A stretch of DNA of 64,000 nt, taken from positions 12,676 to 76,675 of the IMG/VR virus record IMGVR_UViG_3300026549_002532; one strand, written 5' to 3'. Shown one piece after another: positions 47,583 to 55,639 of the stretch; positions within the stretch are counted from its first letter, which is position 1; every line of letters starts with the position of its first letter. Made by a program: the position numbers and the translations under genes. Source of the stretch: a virus (taxonomy: Duplodnaviria; Caudoviricetes). Below the pieces are notes generated by a model that was given only the letters and a program-made list of their open reading frames with translations, searched no databases and was not told where the DNA came from.

Positions 47583-48998
47583 ATGCAAAATATGGCTGAA
47601 AATCAGAACATAGAGTACAAAGAATCGTGGCGCGACGAATATCTGAAATGGATATGCGGCTTCGCCAATGCGCAAGGTGGCAGGATATACATCGGTATTG
47701 CCGACGATCAGAAAGTCGTGGGTGTCAGCAATTCCCACCGCTTGCTGGAAGATATACCCAACAAGATTGTAACAACGCTCGGCATCGTGTGTGATGTCAA
47801 CCTGCTGGAGCGCGAAGGCAAAGACGTTATCGAGATAGTCGTTGAACCGAGCAATATGCCCATCGCATATAAAGGCGAGTATCACATACGCAGCGGTGCG
47901 ACCAAGCAGCAGTTGCGTGGCGTAGCCCTGCAGCAGTTCATCCTGAAGAAAATGGGCTTGTCGTGGGATGAGATTCCTACCGAGGTTGGGATTGACAAAA
48001 TCGACCGTATAGCCATAGAATATTTCTTGCGCAAAGGTATCTTCCACAAACGCCTCAGTCCTGAAGCCATCAATTATACGACCGAAGAAGTATTGCAGAA
48101 CCTGCAACTAATCAACGATGAGGGAAAACTTAAAAATGCCGCATTGTTGCTGTTCGGCAAAGACCCACAACGCCATTTTGTCTCGGCTATATTCCGCATA
48201 GGTCGTTTTGGCGGAGAAAACAATGATTTGCTATCCCAAGACACTATTGAAGGGAATATTCTTCAGATGGGTGACAAAGTGGTCGAAATCCTAAAGAACA
48301 AGTATCTCATTTCTCCAATTCATTATGAGGGAATGGTAAGGGTCGAGACGCTTGAAATTCCCGAAGATGCCCTACGAGAGATATTGTATAATGCTATTTG
48401 CCACAAGGAGTACACAGGCGCACATATCCAAATGCGCGTTTATAATGACCGCATCACTATATGGAATCAAGGTGGATTGCCATTCGGTGTTACCATTGAC
48501 TCTCTTATGGAACAACACTCCTCTCACCCTCGCAACAAAAATATTGCCAACACATTCTTCAAAGCCGGTTTCATTGAGGCTTGGGGTCGTGGTATCGGGA
48601 AAGTTAACGATGAATTCAAGAAAGCTAACCTACCTCTGCCGAAGTATGAGGAGCGAGAAGGTGGTTTTATGGTGACAATACAACGTCCTGAAAATGTGCG
48701 CAATATGTTTTCAGGCCCCTCAAGCACTCCCCAAGTACCCCCCGAGTACCCCCCAAGTACCCCCCAAGTTGACAATCTTGTTTCACGAATGGGAACGGAA
48801 TACTTATCAATAACTGAATTGTTAAACTTGATGGGACTTCGTGACCGCAAATATTTCAGAGCAAATTTCTTAACGCCAGCCATTGAAAAAGGATTTGTCG
48901 AGCTGGAAATTCCTGGGCAGATACGAAATCCGAAACAACGTTACAGATTAACAGGATTAGGTCTGGGCTATCATGGATTTATGAAAGGAGCAAAATAA
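47583..48998 (+). CDS. AlbA_2 (Schlafen-like) plus HATPase_c_4 plus HTH protein
   Basis: ENQNIEYKESW..ICGFANAQGG; LREILYNAICHKEY; FIEAWGRG; own TACCTTTG 47564-47571. Confidence 0.85.
   Translation: MQNMAENQNIEYKESWRDEYLKWICGFANAQGGRIYIGIADDQKVVGVSNSHRLLEDIPNKIVTTLGIVCDVNLLEREGKDVIEIVVEPSNMPIAYKGEYHIRSGATKQQLRGVALQQFILKKMGLSWDEIPTEVGIDKIDRIAIEYFLRKGIFHKRLSPEAINYTTEEVLQNLQLINDEGKLKNAALLLFGKDPQRHFVSAIFRIGRFGGENNDLLSQDTIEGNILQMGDKVVEILKNKYLISPIHYEGMVRVETLEIPEDALREILYNAICHKEYTGAHIQMRVYNDRITIWNQGGLPFGVTIDSLMEQHSSHPRNKNIANTFFKAGFIEAWGRGIGKVNDEFKKANLPLPKYEEREGGFMVTIQRPENVRNMFSGPSSTPQVPPEYPPSTPQVDNLVSRMGTEYLSITELLNLMGLRDRKYFRANFLTPAIEKGFVELEIPGQIRNPKQRYRLTGLGLGYHGFMKGAK
48727..48770 (+). repeat. 4 x 11 bp tandem repeat CCCCCCAAGTA inside CDS
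   Basis: ctccccaagta ccccccgagta ccccccaagta ccccccaagtt. Confidence 0.9.
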
Positions 48999-49128
48999 TG
49001 ACCGAATAAAAGCCGTGTGGGTCGTTATGACCTCACGGCTTAATTTTTGTGGGTTGTCGGATGCTCACGTTTCGTTGCAAAAAAAGGCGAGGCTTTTACA
49101 CCTCACCCCGAAGCGAAAGCCTCAGTGG

Positions 49129-49791
49129 CTAATCGCGGAAGACATAGCCATTCCAGAAAGTGAAGCCATCCAAGAAAATATCTCTTGCGAAAGCCTTGAT
49201 GTCAAAGTAATTACGCAGGTACGAGGGCATCTCAGCGTAATAGCCGCAATCCTCGGCAAGCTGCTCGGCGTAATCTTCTTCGCTGTCGAACTTTCCGCAA
49301 TAGGCCTCACGGAACTCATAAAAGAGATTGTCGCCGTCAGTGTAACTGCCGTACTTGCAATCAAGGAAAGCCTCGAAAGCCTCCTGCTCATCCTCATCAA
49401 GCCCGGCGAACTCGCGTACATTGTCGAAATCCTGTTCTGTGAAAGAGCCCTCGCGGTAGAACTGACCCGGGAATCCCATGTAATCTTGGAACATGTACTC
49501 CGGATCCTGCTCAAAGCGGTGAATCCAGCGGCAGACCATCATGAACTCCTCGTAATCGGCGCAAGCCTCGATGGAGACCCATGCTCCGCGCAGCGACCCC
49601 GAGGCGTATGCCCCGTATGACCCCACGTAGATAGCCGCTACTTCCTCATCGGGGTGAGCGATGAACTGCTCCAAATCCACTTCCTCAACCCCGTAGGGAT
49701 TGTTGATGTTCTCGACAGCCTTTACAGGCTCTTGTGCCTGGGTGCTTTGAGCACCGCTCGCAACTTCTGAAAATTTGTGATTTTTCTCCAT
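49129..49791 (-). CDS. ardA: Antirestriction protein ArdA (likely start MEKNH)
   Basis: IYVGSYGAYASGSLRGAW, PEYMFQDY, YCGKFDSEEDYA, YFDIKAFARD; highly acidic. Confidence 0.9.
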   Translation of the reverse strand: MEKNHKFSEVASGAQSTQAQEPVKAVENINNPYGVEEVDLEQFIAHPDEEVAAIYVGSYGAYASGSLRGAWVSIEACADYEEFMMVCRWIHRFEQDPEYMFQDYMGFPGQFYREGSFTEQDFDNVREFAGLDEDEQEAFEAFLDCKYGSYTDGDNLFYEFREAYCGKFDSEEDYAEQLAEDCGYYAEMPSYLRNYFDIKAFARDIFLDGFTFWNGYVFRD

Positions 49792-49838
49792 GACAGTGAA
49801 AAATTTATTGTGAAACAATCGAGTGAACTTGTAATCGC

Positions 49839-50039
49839 TCTTATTTGAGCTTTTACACTGCCTGCAAAGTGCGACGGCGAACACTTAGCAAGGATTGACC
49901 GAAAAAAATTACCCCTCGCGGGCCCGAAAAATTTTAGCCGGCACGGTCTCAAATTTTTTCATTTTTTTCGACCGTCAACATCGCCTGTCCTTGCGTGTTA
50001 AGACGGTGCATTAACTTTGCAGCGTAAAAGCCAAAAAGA
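49839..50039 (-). promoter_or_regulatory. Candidate ssDNA (Frpo-like) hairpin promoter 2
   Basis: Stems ctgcaaagt/actttgcag, gcaagga/tccttgc, cgaaaaaaat/atttttttcg; TAACTTTG 50012-50019 only on right arm. Confidence 0.65.
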
Positions 50040-50775
50040 GCCGATGCCCACAAGGAGCGAGTGTGCAGCGATAGATTTTGTCATGGAGAGCGCAGCAATC
50101 ACATCAAGAAGTGAGCGATTGCGTCCAACAAAGCACCGGCCATGAGGCGTAAAGCCGAGAACACAATCCCGAAGGAGAACAATGAAGGTGTGGATTGGGG
50201 CAGTCGCCCACCCGAGGAAGTGCCGCTGCGTGGGGGCGTTCGCTGCACGCACCCAGTGCGCCACGGAGCACTCCATTGAGCGCAGTCGCCGATTAGTTCA
50301 GAAAGTCTGCCGTTCACCGCATTGAGCAGAGGAGTACACCAAGATACAAGGGCAACCGAGTCAGTAAGCGAGGGTTCAAGGAGCAGGATTCAATGCACGC
50401 CGCCGAGCCGATTAGAACCAAGATGGGCAGGAAGCCGAGGCTTTTCCGCAATACGGCAGACTGACAGCGACAATCAATGAGAGCCGTGATATTGCGTAAA
50501 GTAGGCGAAGAATAGCCGAGCGGTGATGATTGTGTGCGTCCATTACGCTTTGCCCGACACCATTCCATAGTTACACAACGACATCAAGGCAATCAGCAAG
50601 AGACTTGGACGGCTCCACGGAATGGCTGCTCCGCCACCAGTCACGTGCCACATCGGGTGAGGATGAATCACTTATTGCCCACCGATGATGATAAAAAGGC
50701 GACGGCAAGCGTTTCCCAACGACTGCCGCCTAAAGTAAAAAGGTATTTCTTTGTATGAAAAAAATCTACATAGTT

Positions 50776-51204
50776 CTATCTGGTGATGCTGCATGGGATT
50801 AACGCTTTCTGCGCGTAGAGCGTGATTTCGACCGTCCAGACCGCAGGATCGCCGTTAGGCGTTCCTGTGTCGCGCGTGACTTTCACGATAGGTCGGGGCT
50901 TCTCACGCTGCCCGATGATGTACGACTGGCCATTGCAGTCGGTGACGATGTAGGCGACGTGCCGCTGCAGCGGCAAGGCATCGAGGGTCTTGAAGCGCAG
51001 AGTGACCTGCTCAATCCTGCCGTTGTTGTTATAGATGGATTCCGCCTCGCAGGTGGGCACGCCGCAGAACGCGATAGGTGTAATGTCGGTGAACACGCCC
51101 ACAGGAATACCGGCGAGGTGCTTATACATTATCTCACGCTGCAAATTCACCGAAGGCACATGCCCGATGAATTTGATGCCCGGAAGTGATTGAGTCTGTC
51201 TCAT
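50776..51204 (-). CDS. Hypothetical phage protein, probable first late gene
   Basis: ORF track; terminator ~50695-50735. Confidence 0.65.
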   Translation of the reverse strand: MRQTQSLPGIKFIGHVPSVNLQREIMYKHLAGIPVGVFTDITPIAFCGVPTCEAESIYNNNGRIEQVTLRFKTLDALPLQRHVAYIVTDCNGQSYIIGQREKPRPIVKVTRDTGTPNGDPAVWTVEITLYAQKALIPCSITR

Positions 51205-51210
51205 AAAACT

Positions 51211-51257
51211 GTGGAACTTTTTGGAAAGTGTGGAATATTTTGGAAAGTGTGGAGAAC
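51211..51257. repeat. 19 bp-period direct repeats GTGGAAnnTTTTGGAAAGT
   Basis: Two full units (51211-51229, 51230-51248) and a partial third. Confidence 0.85.
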
Positions 51258-51327
51258 TCTGCTGTTTTTGGGGTACTTTGTCACGTGGCTATAACTTTTA
51301 TTAACGGAATTAAGATTTGTAAACAAA

Positions 51328-51828
51328 TCAGAATTTCTCGCCTTTTTTGCCACGTGGCACCTCTTTTCCCGCCTCTTTCATCTTGTGACGGTACACGTCA
51401 CGCTTGCGTTTATAGATTTTGAACAGCGTGTTGAAGTTGGTCTCGGTGGTGTCGATACCGTGAGACTCCATCCATGTCCAAATCAAGTCCTGCTTCTGTC
51501 GCCCTATGTGGCCGAACTTTTGGAGGTCGTTCCACAGCGCGATGACAAAGCGAGAACGGATGCACCGCGCCAGCGACTTGCGCCCGGAATAAGAGAGATA
51601 GTTGTAAATCCTGATGTTTCTCTCCTTGAAGTAGGGAACTTTTATCGGCACGTACCCCTCGCCCGGGCCAGGCACGTAAGCGAGGATGGGCTTGCGCATC
51701 AGCCCCAGTTGTATCACGTCATTCTCGGCTGAGTTTCTCGGGAACTCAACTATCTCGCCATACTCATGCACAACCCACTGCGCAAGGTAAGTGTCGAGCT
51801 TCAGGTATATGATTAAATCTTCATCCAT
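51328..51828 (-). CDS. Hypothetical protein, possible transcription regulator
   Basis: Between replication and late genes; basic C-terminus. Confidence 0.55.
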   Translation of the reverse strand: MDEDLIIYLKLDTYLAQWVVHEYGEIVEFPRNSAENDVIQLGLMRKPILAYVPGPGEGYVPIKVPYFKERNIRIYNYLSYSGRKSLARCIRSRFVIALWNDLQKFGHIGRQKQDLIWTWMESHGIDTTETNFNTLFKIYKRKRDVYRHKMKEAGKEVPRGKKGEKF

Positions 51829-51849
51829 GTCCGTTATGTTTGTACAAAA

Positions 51850-52599
51850 TTAGTGACGGTAACTGATGTCTTGAAAGACGATGACTTCCAGCATCTCGTT
51901 GAATCGGTCTGCGATGCGAGTGCCATACTTCTCGCGGATCTGCTGTGAGTCAAGGTTGGTCGTGATGCAGGTGAACTTCTGGTAGAGGTAGCGGTATTCG
52001 AGCAGGTCAATCAATGGATTGGTCACATTGCCGAAGTCCAGGACTTCCGCCGGCTCTTTGCCCAGGTCGTCGATGGCAAGCATCCTCTCACTGCGCAACT
52101 CGTTGAATTTCGCCCTGTCCTTGTAGATTTCCACGACTTCTTTAGCGTCCACGAAAGTAAGCTGAACCTTGTCGTAAGGGTTTGCCCGGTTTCGCAGGTG
52201 TTCGAACTGCTTACGCTCACTGAGGAAGTCAATGGCGGCACGCAGCGCATATAGCAGCGTGGTCTTGCCATTGCCGCAAGTGCCGCACAGCATCACGCCG
52301 AACTTCGGGTCGGGCAGGGTGATGTAGTGCGCCATCTTCCGCAGGTTGTTGACGGTGTTCTCGTCAAGCTGCACCTTGTTGTGACGACGCTCGACCTCAA
52401 ACATGTAGTGGGCCGCGAGCAAGTCCAGCGCGTCCTGTTCACTCATGTTGAACCTAAAACGAGCCGCCGTAGTCCGATGCCTTTTTATCTCCGACATCAG
52501 TTCCCCGACGCGCGGCAAATTTATCTTGCTTGCCGCTGCCTTTAGTCCTTCGCTGCTCATTTTCTTTTTTCTTGTTAAACTGAATCCGCGCCCAGTCAA
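51850..52599 (-). CDS. DnaC/IstB-like ATPase (helicase loader); true start probably further downstream
   Basis: CGTCGNGKTT Walker A, LAIDDLGKE, ITTNL..YGTRIADR. Confidence 0.85.
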   Translation of the reverse strand: MTGRGFSLTRKKKMSSEGLKAAASKINLPRVGELMSEIKRHRTTAARFRFNMSEQDALDLLAAHYMFEVERRHNKVQLDENTVNNLRKMAHYITLPDPKFGVMLCGTCGNGKTTLLYALRAAIDFLSERKQFEHLRNRANPYDKVQLTFVDAKEVVEIYKDRAKFNELRSERMLAIDDLGKEPAEVLDFGNVTNPLIDLLEYRYLYQKFTCITTNLDSQQIREKYGTRIADRFNEMLEVIVFQDISYRH

Positions 52600-53287
52600 A
52601 GAAATGTTTTCTGAAGTCGCTGAAGCTGGTGTGCCGTGTTTCTTTGATGTTCACCTCTTTGACGAAAGCGTCAAGCATTTCAAGCAGTTCCTGCTTGGTG
52701 CTAGAAAAACGCATCGCCATTTCATCTAAAGAAATCTCGGCTTTTTTCATTTCTTCAAAAAACTTCAAATTTTCTTCGCGCACAGATTGTTGTGATGGGT
52801 TATTTATTATATTATTATCTTCTTTGTTTTTATTAGTTGTTGACCGTTTGCTCGATGGTCTGTAACTGGAATCCGCTTTTTTTTCAGCCGAATTTCGGGC
52901 AGGTTTTTCGCTGCTTTGAGGGCTGGAAAAACCATCGGAATAAGGGTCAAAATCCTCATCTTTTTGTGCGATTTGGAAGCGGTCATAATTGCATACAGTT
53001 ATTATGGTCGCCTTGCCTTTTCGCACACAAGTCACCATGTCCGACCTCTTGAGCTTGTTCAAGAAGTCCTTGACACCATCGTTGTTGGTTCTCCATCTTA
53101 ACGCTAGTTTGCTCTGGCTGCTTATCACCTGACCACGTTCCTGTGTGTACTCTGCTCCCTCAAAATAAATGATCTTACGCTGATAGGCGGCAAGCATTAA
53201 AAGGTCGCACCAACGGAAGAAATATTTTGGGTCGCTTGATACCCAATGGTCGTATATGCTCCTATATAATAAAATGTACCCTTTCAT
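52454..53287 (-). CDS. Phage replication initiator-like protein
   Basis: MKGYILLYR..ERGQVISS..LALRW..ITVCNYD N-terminal HTH pattern. Confidence 0.75.
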   Translation of the reverse strand: MKGYILLYRSIYDHWVSSDPKYFFRWCDLLMLAAYQRKIIYFEGAEYTQERGQVISSQSKLALRWRTNNDGVKDFLNKLKRSDMVTCVRKGKATIITVCNYDRFQIAQKDEDFDPYSDGFSSPQSSEKPARNSAEKKADSSYRPSSKRSTTNKNKEDNNIINNPSQQSVREENLKFFEEMKKAEISLDEMAMRFSSTKQELLEMLDAFVKEVNIKETRHTSFSDFRKHFFDWARIQFNKKKENEQRRTKGSGKQDKFAARRGTDVGDKKASDYGGSF

Positions 53288-53289
53288 GC

Positions 53290-53490
53290 CTAAAGTTGTG
53301 CTTTCCAGAAACGGATAATCTCACTTCCTAAAAAGAACTTGCGGCGGTTATTGCGCCGGAAGCCACACCGAAGCAACCCCTGCTTGACGTATCGGAGCAA
53401 GGTATTGCGGTGGATGCCCAGCAATTCAGCAGCCTCCTCTATGGTATAGCGGCTATTTAGAGCTGCTTTCGGTTCGTAGTTTACCATCAT
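53290..53490 (-). CDS. Excisionase-like HTH protein
   Basis: YTIEEAAELLGIHRNTLLRY. Confidence 0.75.
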   Translation of the reverse strand: MMVNYEPKAALNSRYTIEEAAELLGIHRNTLLRYVKQGLLRCGFRRNNRRKFFLGSEIIRFWKAQL

Positions 53491-53713
53491 CTTTCTTTTT
53501 AGGTGGAAACAATTGCTCACGAGGTTCGCCAAGATAATTAGAGATAATCTCTTGGCAGTTGTAGTCGGGCGTGTTCTCTCCATTCAGCCATTTGCGCACG
53601 GCGATGGGTGTACGATGCGTCAGTTCAGCGATTTTGTCGATGAATGCGACGCTCGGGTGCTTCTGCGACTGTGCTTCTTTGAAGTAGTCAACGAAAGTTT
53701 TTCCTTTCTTCAT
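53453..53713 (-). CDS. Cro-like HTH protein
   Basis: IAELTHRTPIAVRKWLNGENTP; divergent from repressor. Confidence 0.7.
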   Translation of the reverse strand: MKKGKTFVDYFKEAQSQKHPSVAFIDKIAELTHRTPIAVRKWLNGENTPDYNCQEIISNYLGEPREQLFPPKKKDDGKLRTESSSK

Positions 53714-53769
53714 AGTTGTTCTTTAAATTATTTATTAAAAAAGTCCGATATAATTTTGTTATATAAAAT

Positions 53770-53841
53770 ATAAGTTGTAACTTTGCAGCGTGTTTGACAG
53801 CTGAAGTACAAGTTACACTTATATAAACGGCTGCAAATATA
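53770..53841. promoter_or_regulatory. Face-to-face cI/cro promoters with inverted repeat
   Basis: TAACTTTG (+) 53778-53785; TATATTTG (-) 53834-53841; tataag-tgtaactt/aagttaca-cttata. Confidence 0.6.
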
Positions 53842-53900
53842 ATAAAATTAGATGAGATAATCACAAACTTTTTAAAAGAAAATTTTAATATAAAACATAT

Positions 53901-54323
53901 ATGAAAACTCGACGTCTTGATTTACAAGAGATTAGGGTGAAGCACAAAATCACCCAGCAAAAGATAGCGGCTGAGACCGGCTATCCACAGAGTTTTATCT
54001 CGCAGATTGAGCGTGGTAAAGTCTCTGTGCCGCTTGCGTTTATCGAGAAGTTGAGGGAGGTGTTCAACATAGAAGATGTGGATGACTACGTTACCTATAT
54101 AGAGGTCAACAAAGTCCCAGTTGACGTGGCTGAACAGATTGATAACGAGCCACCTAAAGCGGTGGAGGTCGAAAGCCGTGATGCCGTCCAAGAGACGCCG
54201 CCCACAGCAGACCAATTGACCATTTCTCGGCTTGTGGAATTGCTTGACAAAAGCGAGCGGCGCAACGAGAAATTGGAAGCGGAAATTGAGCGGTTGAAAG
54301 CCGAACTTTCGACCCTAAAATAG
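53901..54323 (+). CDS. XRE-family CI-like repressor
   Basis: ITQQKIAAETGYPQSFISQIERG; coiled-coil C-terminus, no obvious peptidase domain. Confidence 0.85.
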   Translation: MKTRRLDLQEIRVKHKITQQKIAAETGYPQSFISQIERGKVSVPLAFIEKLREVFNIEDVDDYVTYIEVNKVPVDVAEQIDNEPPKAVEVESRDAVQETPPTADQLTISRLVELLDKSERRNEKLEAEIERLKAELSTLK

Positions 54324-54325
54324 GT

Positions 54326-54349
54326 CGCTTGCAAGTACGCTTGCAAGTA
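54326..54349. repeat. 2 x 12 bp tandem CGCTTGCAAGTA, putative integrase arm sites
   Basis: Perfect tandem next to att core. Confidence 0.6.
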
Positions 54350-54408
54350 ACAAGGAGCGAGATTATAACTTATATATTAACAGGCGATTTCAGTACTATT
54401 ACAAATCC

Positions 54409-54452
54409 CTGGGGGGCGTGGGGTCGCTAGTTCGAATCTAGTCATCCCGACT
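54409..54452 (+). other. att site: 3' half of tRNA-Pro(GGG) starting at the anticodon loop
   Basis: CT-GGG-GG GCGTG GGGTC GCTAG TTCGAAT CTAGT CATCCCG A; no D-arm/5' half upstream. Confidence 0.85.
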
Positions 54453-54455
54453 GAC

Positions 54456-54508
54456 AAAAGAAAAGGTTGGTAAATAGGCAGTTAAGCCATTTACCGACCT
54501 TTCTTTTT
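54456..54508 (+). terminator. Hairpin terminator after tRNA fragment
   Basis: aaaagaaaaggttggtaaat / atttaccgacctttctttt. Confidence 0.75.
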
Positions 54509-54589
54509 ACCAAAAATAGGGGCAAAATGCCGTAAAAAAAAAGGACTGAAACGCACATTTTTTCAACCTTTTTCAACCTTTTTCCCTCT

Positions 54590-54622
54590 TTACCTTGTAC
54601 ATTACCTTGTACGTACAAGGTT
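54590..54622. repeat. TTACCTTGTAC x2 plus inverted GTACAAGG, putative arm sites of second element
   Basis: Seen directly upstream of integrase. Confidence 0.55.
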
Positions 54623-54671
54623 CGGGATTGGAAAAGTTGAGCGAATTGCGGAGTAGGTCGGAATGAATTTT

Positions 54672-55490
54672 ATGGCAAAAGCAAAATTCTTTCTCGACAC
54701 ACGGCGAAGCAAGCCGGGGTCGCCATCGGTCTTGAAGGTGGCAATCGGTCACCGCGACAAGACTTCGTACATTTCACTGACTGCACGGCTGCTCCCCGAG
54801 CAGTGGGATGCAGAGCACTCACTGGTGATCAACCACCCGGAGCAGCAGTTGCTGAACATCTATATTATGGGTGTAAAGCAGCAAGTTGACCGAACCATCT
54901 TTATCCTTGCCGACAATGGCAGTCTTCAATCTATGACTGCCAATGACATCAAGCTGGAGATTGAGCGCAAACTCAATCCCGAAAAAGTCGAGGAAATGGA
55001 GCAAAAGCAACGTAGCAAGAACCTGTTCGCTGCACGTTACTTGAAGTTCACGGAGAGCAAGATAGGCAGCACTCACCGCATTTATATGGAAACATACAAG
55101 CGTATGTTAGAGTTCGCCGGTGAGAAGCTGAATAGCCTTGCTTTTGAGGACATTACAAAGGAATGGATTATCAGTTTTTATAACTACATGGCTCCACAGT
55201 CACCGTCACGCAATGCCCGCAACATCCACCTGCGGAACATTCGCGCCGTGTTTAACGAAGCGATTGACGATGAGGTGACTACGTTCTATCCTTTCCGCCG
55301 TTTCCAGATTAAGAATGAGGCTACCCGCAAGCGTAACCTCAAAGTTGAGGACTTCCGCAAGTTCATCAACTTTCCCTGCGAGGAGCACGCTCAAAAGTAC
55401 CTTGACATGTTCAAGCTGATGTTCATGCTTCTGGGCATTAACATCGTTGACTTGTGCAACCTCAAAGAAATTGATAGTGAGGGGCGTATC
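54672..55490 (+). pseudogene. Truncated tyrosine integrase
   Basis: Arm-binding and SAM-like domains, RNIRAVFNEA, GINIVDL; breaks after GRI, losing HxxR and catalytic Tyr. Confidence 0.85.
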
Positions 55491-55530
55491 AATAAAGGCA
55501 AGGAGCACAAGAAATACGAGTTCGGACGAC
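55488..55530 (+). mobile_element. Short IS5-family transposase scrap
   Basis: NKGKEHKKYEFG motif fused in frame to integrase. Confidence 0.55.
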
Positions 55531-55639
55531 AAACCAGCCGCAGGTCTGCCTATGCGCCCTTTTGTTGCACTTTGGGTCGGGCGGGGGAAAGAAAAGGCTC
55601 ACCGATTGGCGAGCCTTTAAGGATGCGGTGTGTGAAATG

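Larger units (their letters stand above)
1..54452 (-). mobile_element. Prophage-like element (left end outside window), bounded on the right by a tRNA-Pro att site
   Basis: Co-oriented lysis, portal, terminase, capsid, Clp protease, replication and cro/cI genes; 3' tRNA half at 54409-54452. Confidence 0.88.

Noticed and set aside
48727-51257. CRISPR array from the short repeats at 48727 and 51211
   Set aside because: Units are adjacent tandem copies without spacers; no cas genes
54409-54452. Intact tRNA-Pro
   Set aside because: Only the anticodon loop to 3' end is present; no acceptor 5' strand or D-arm
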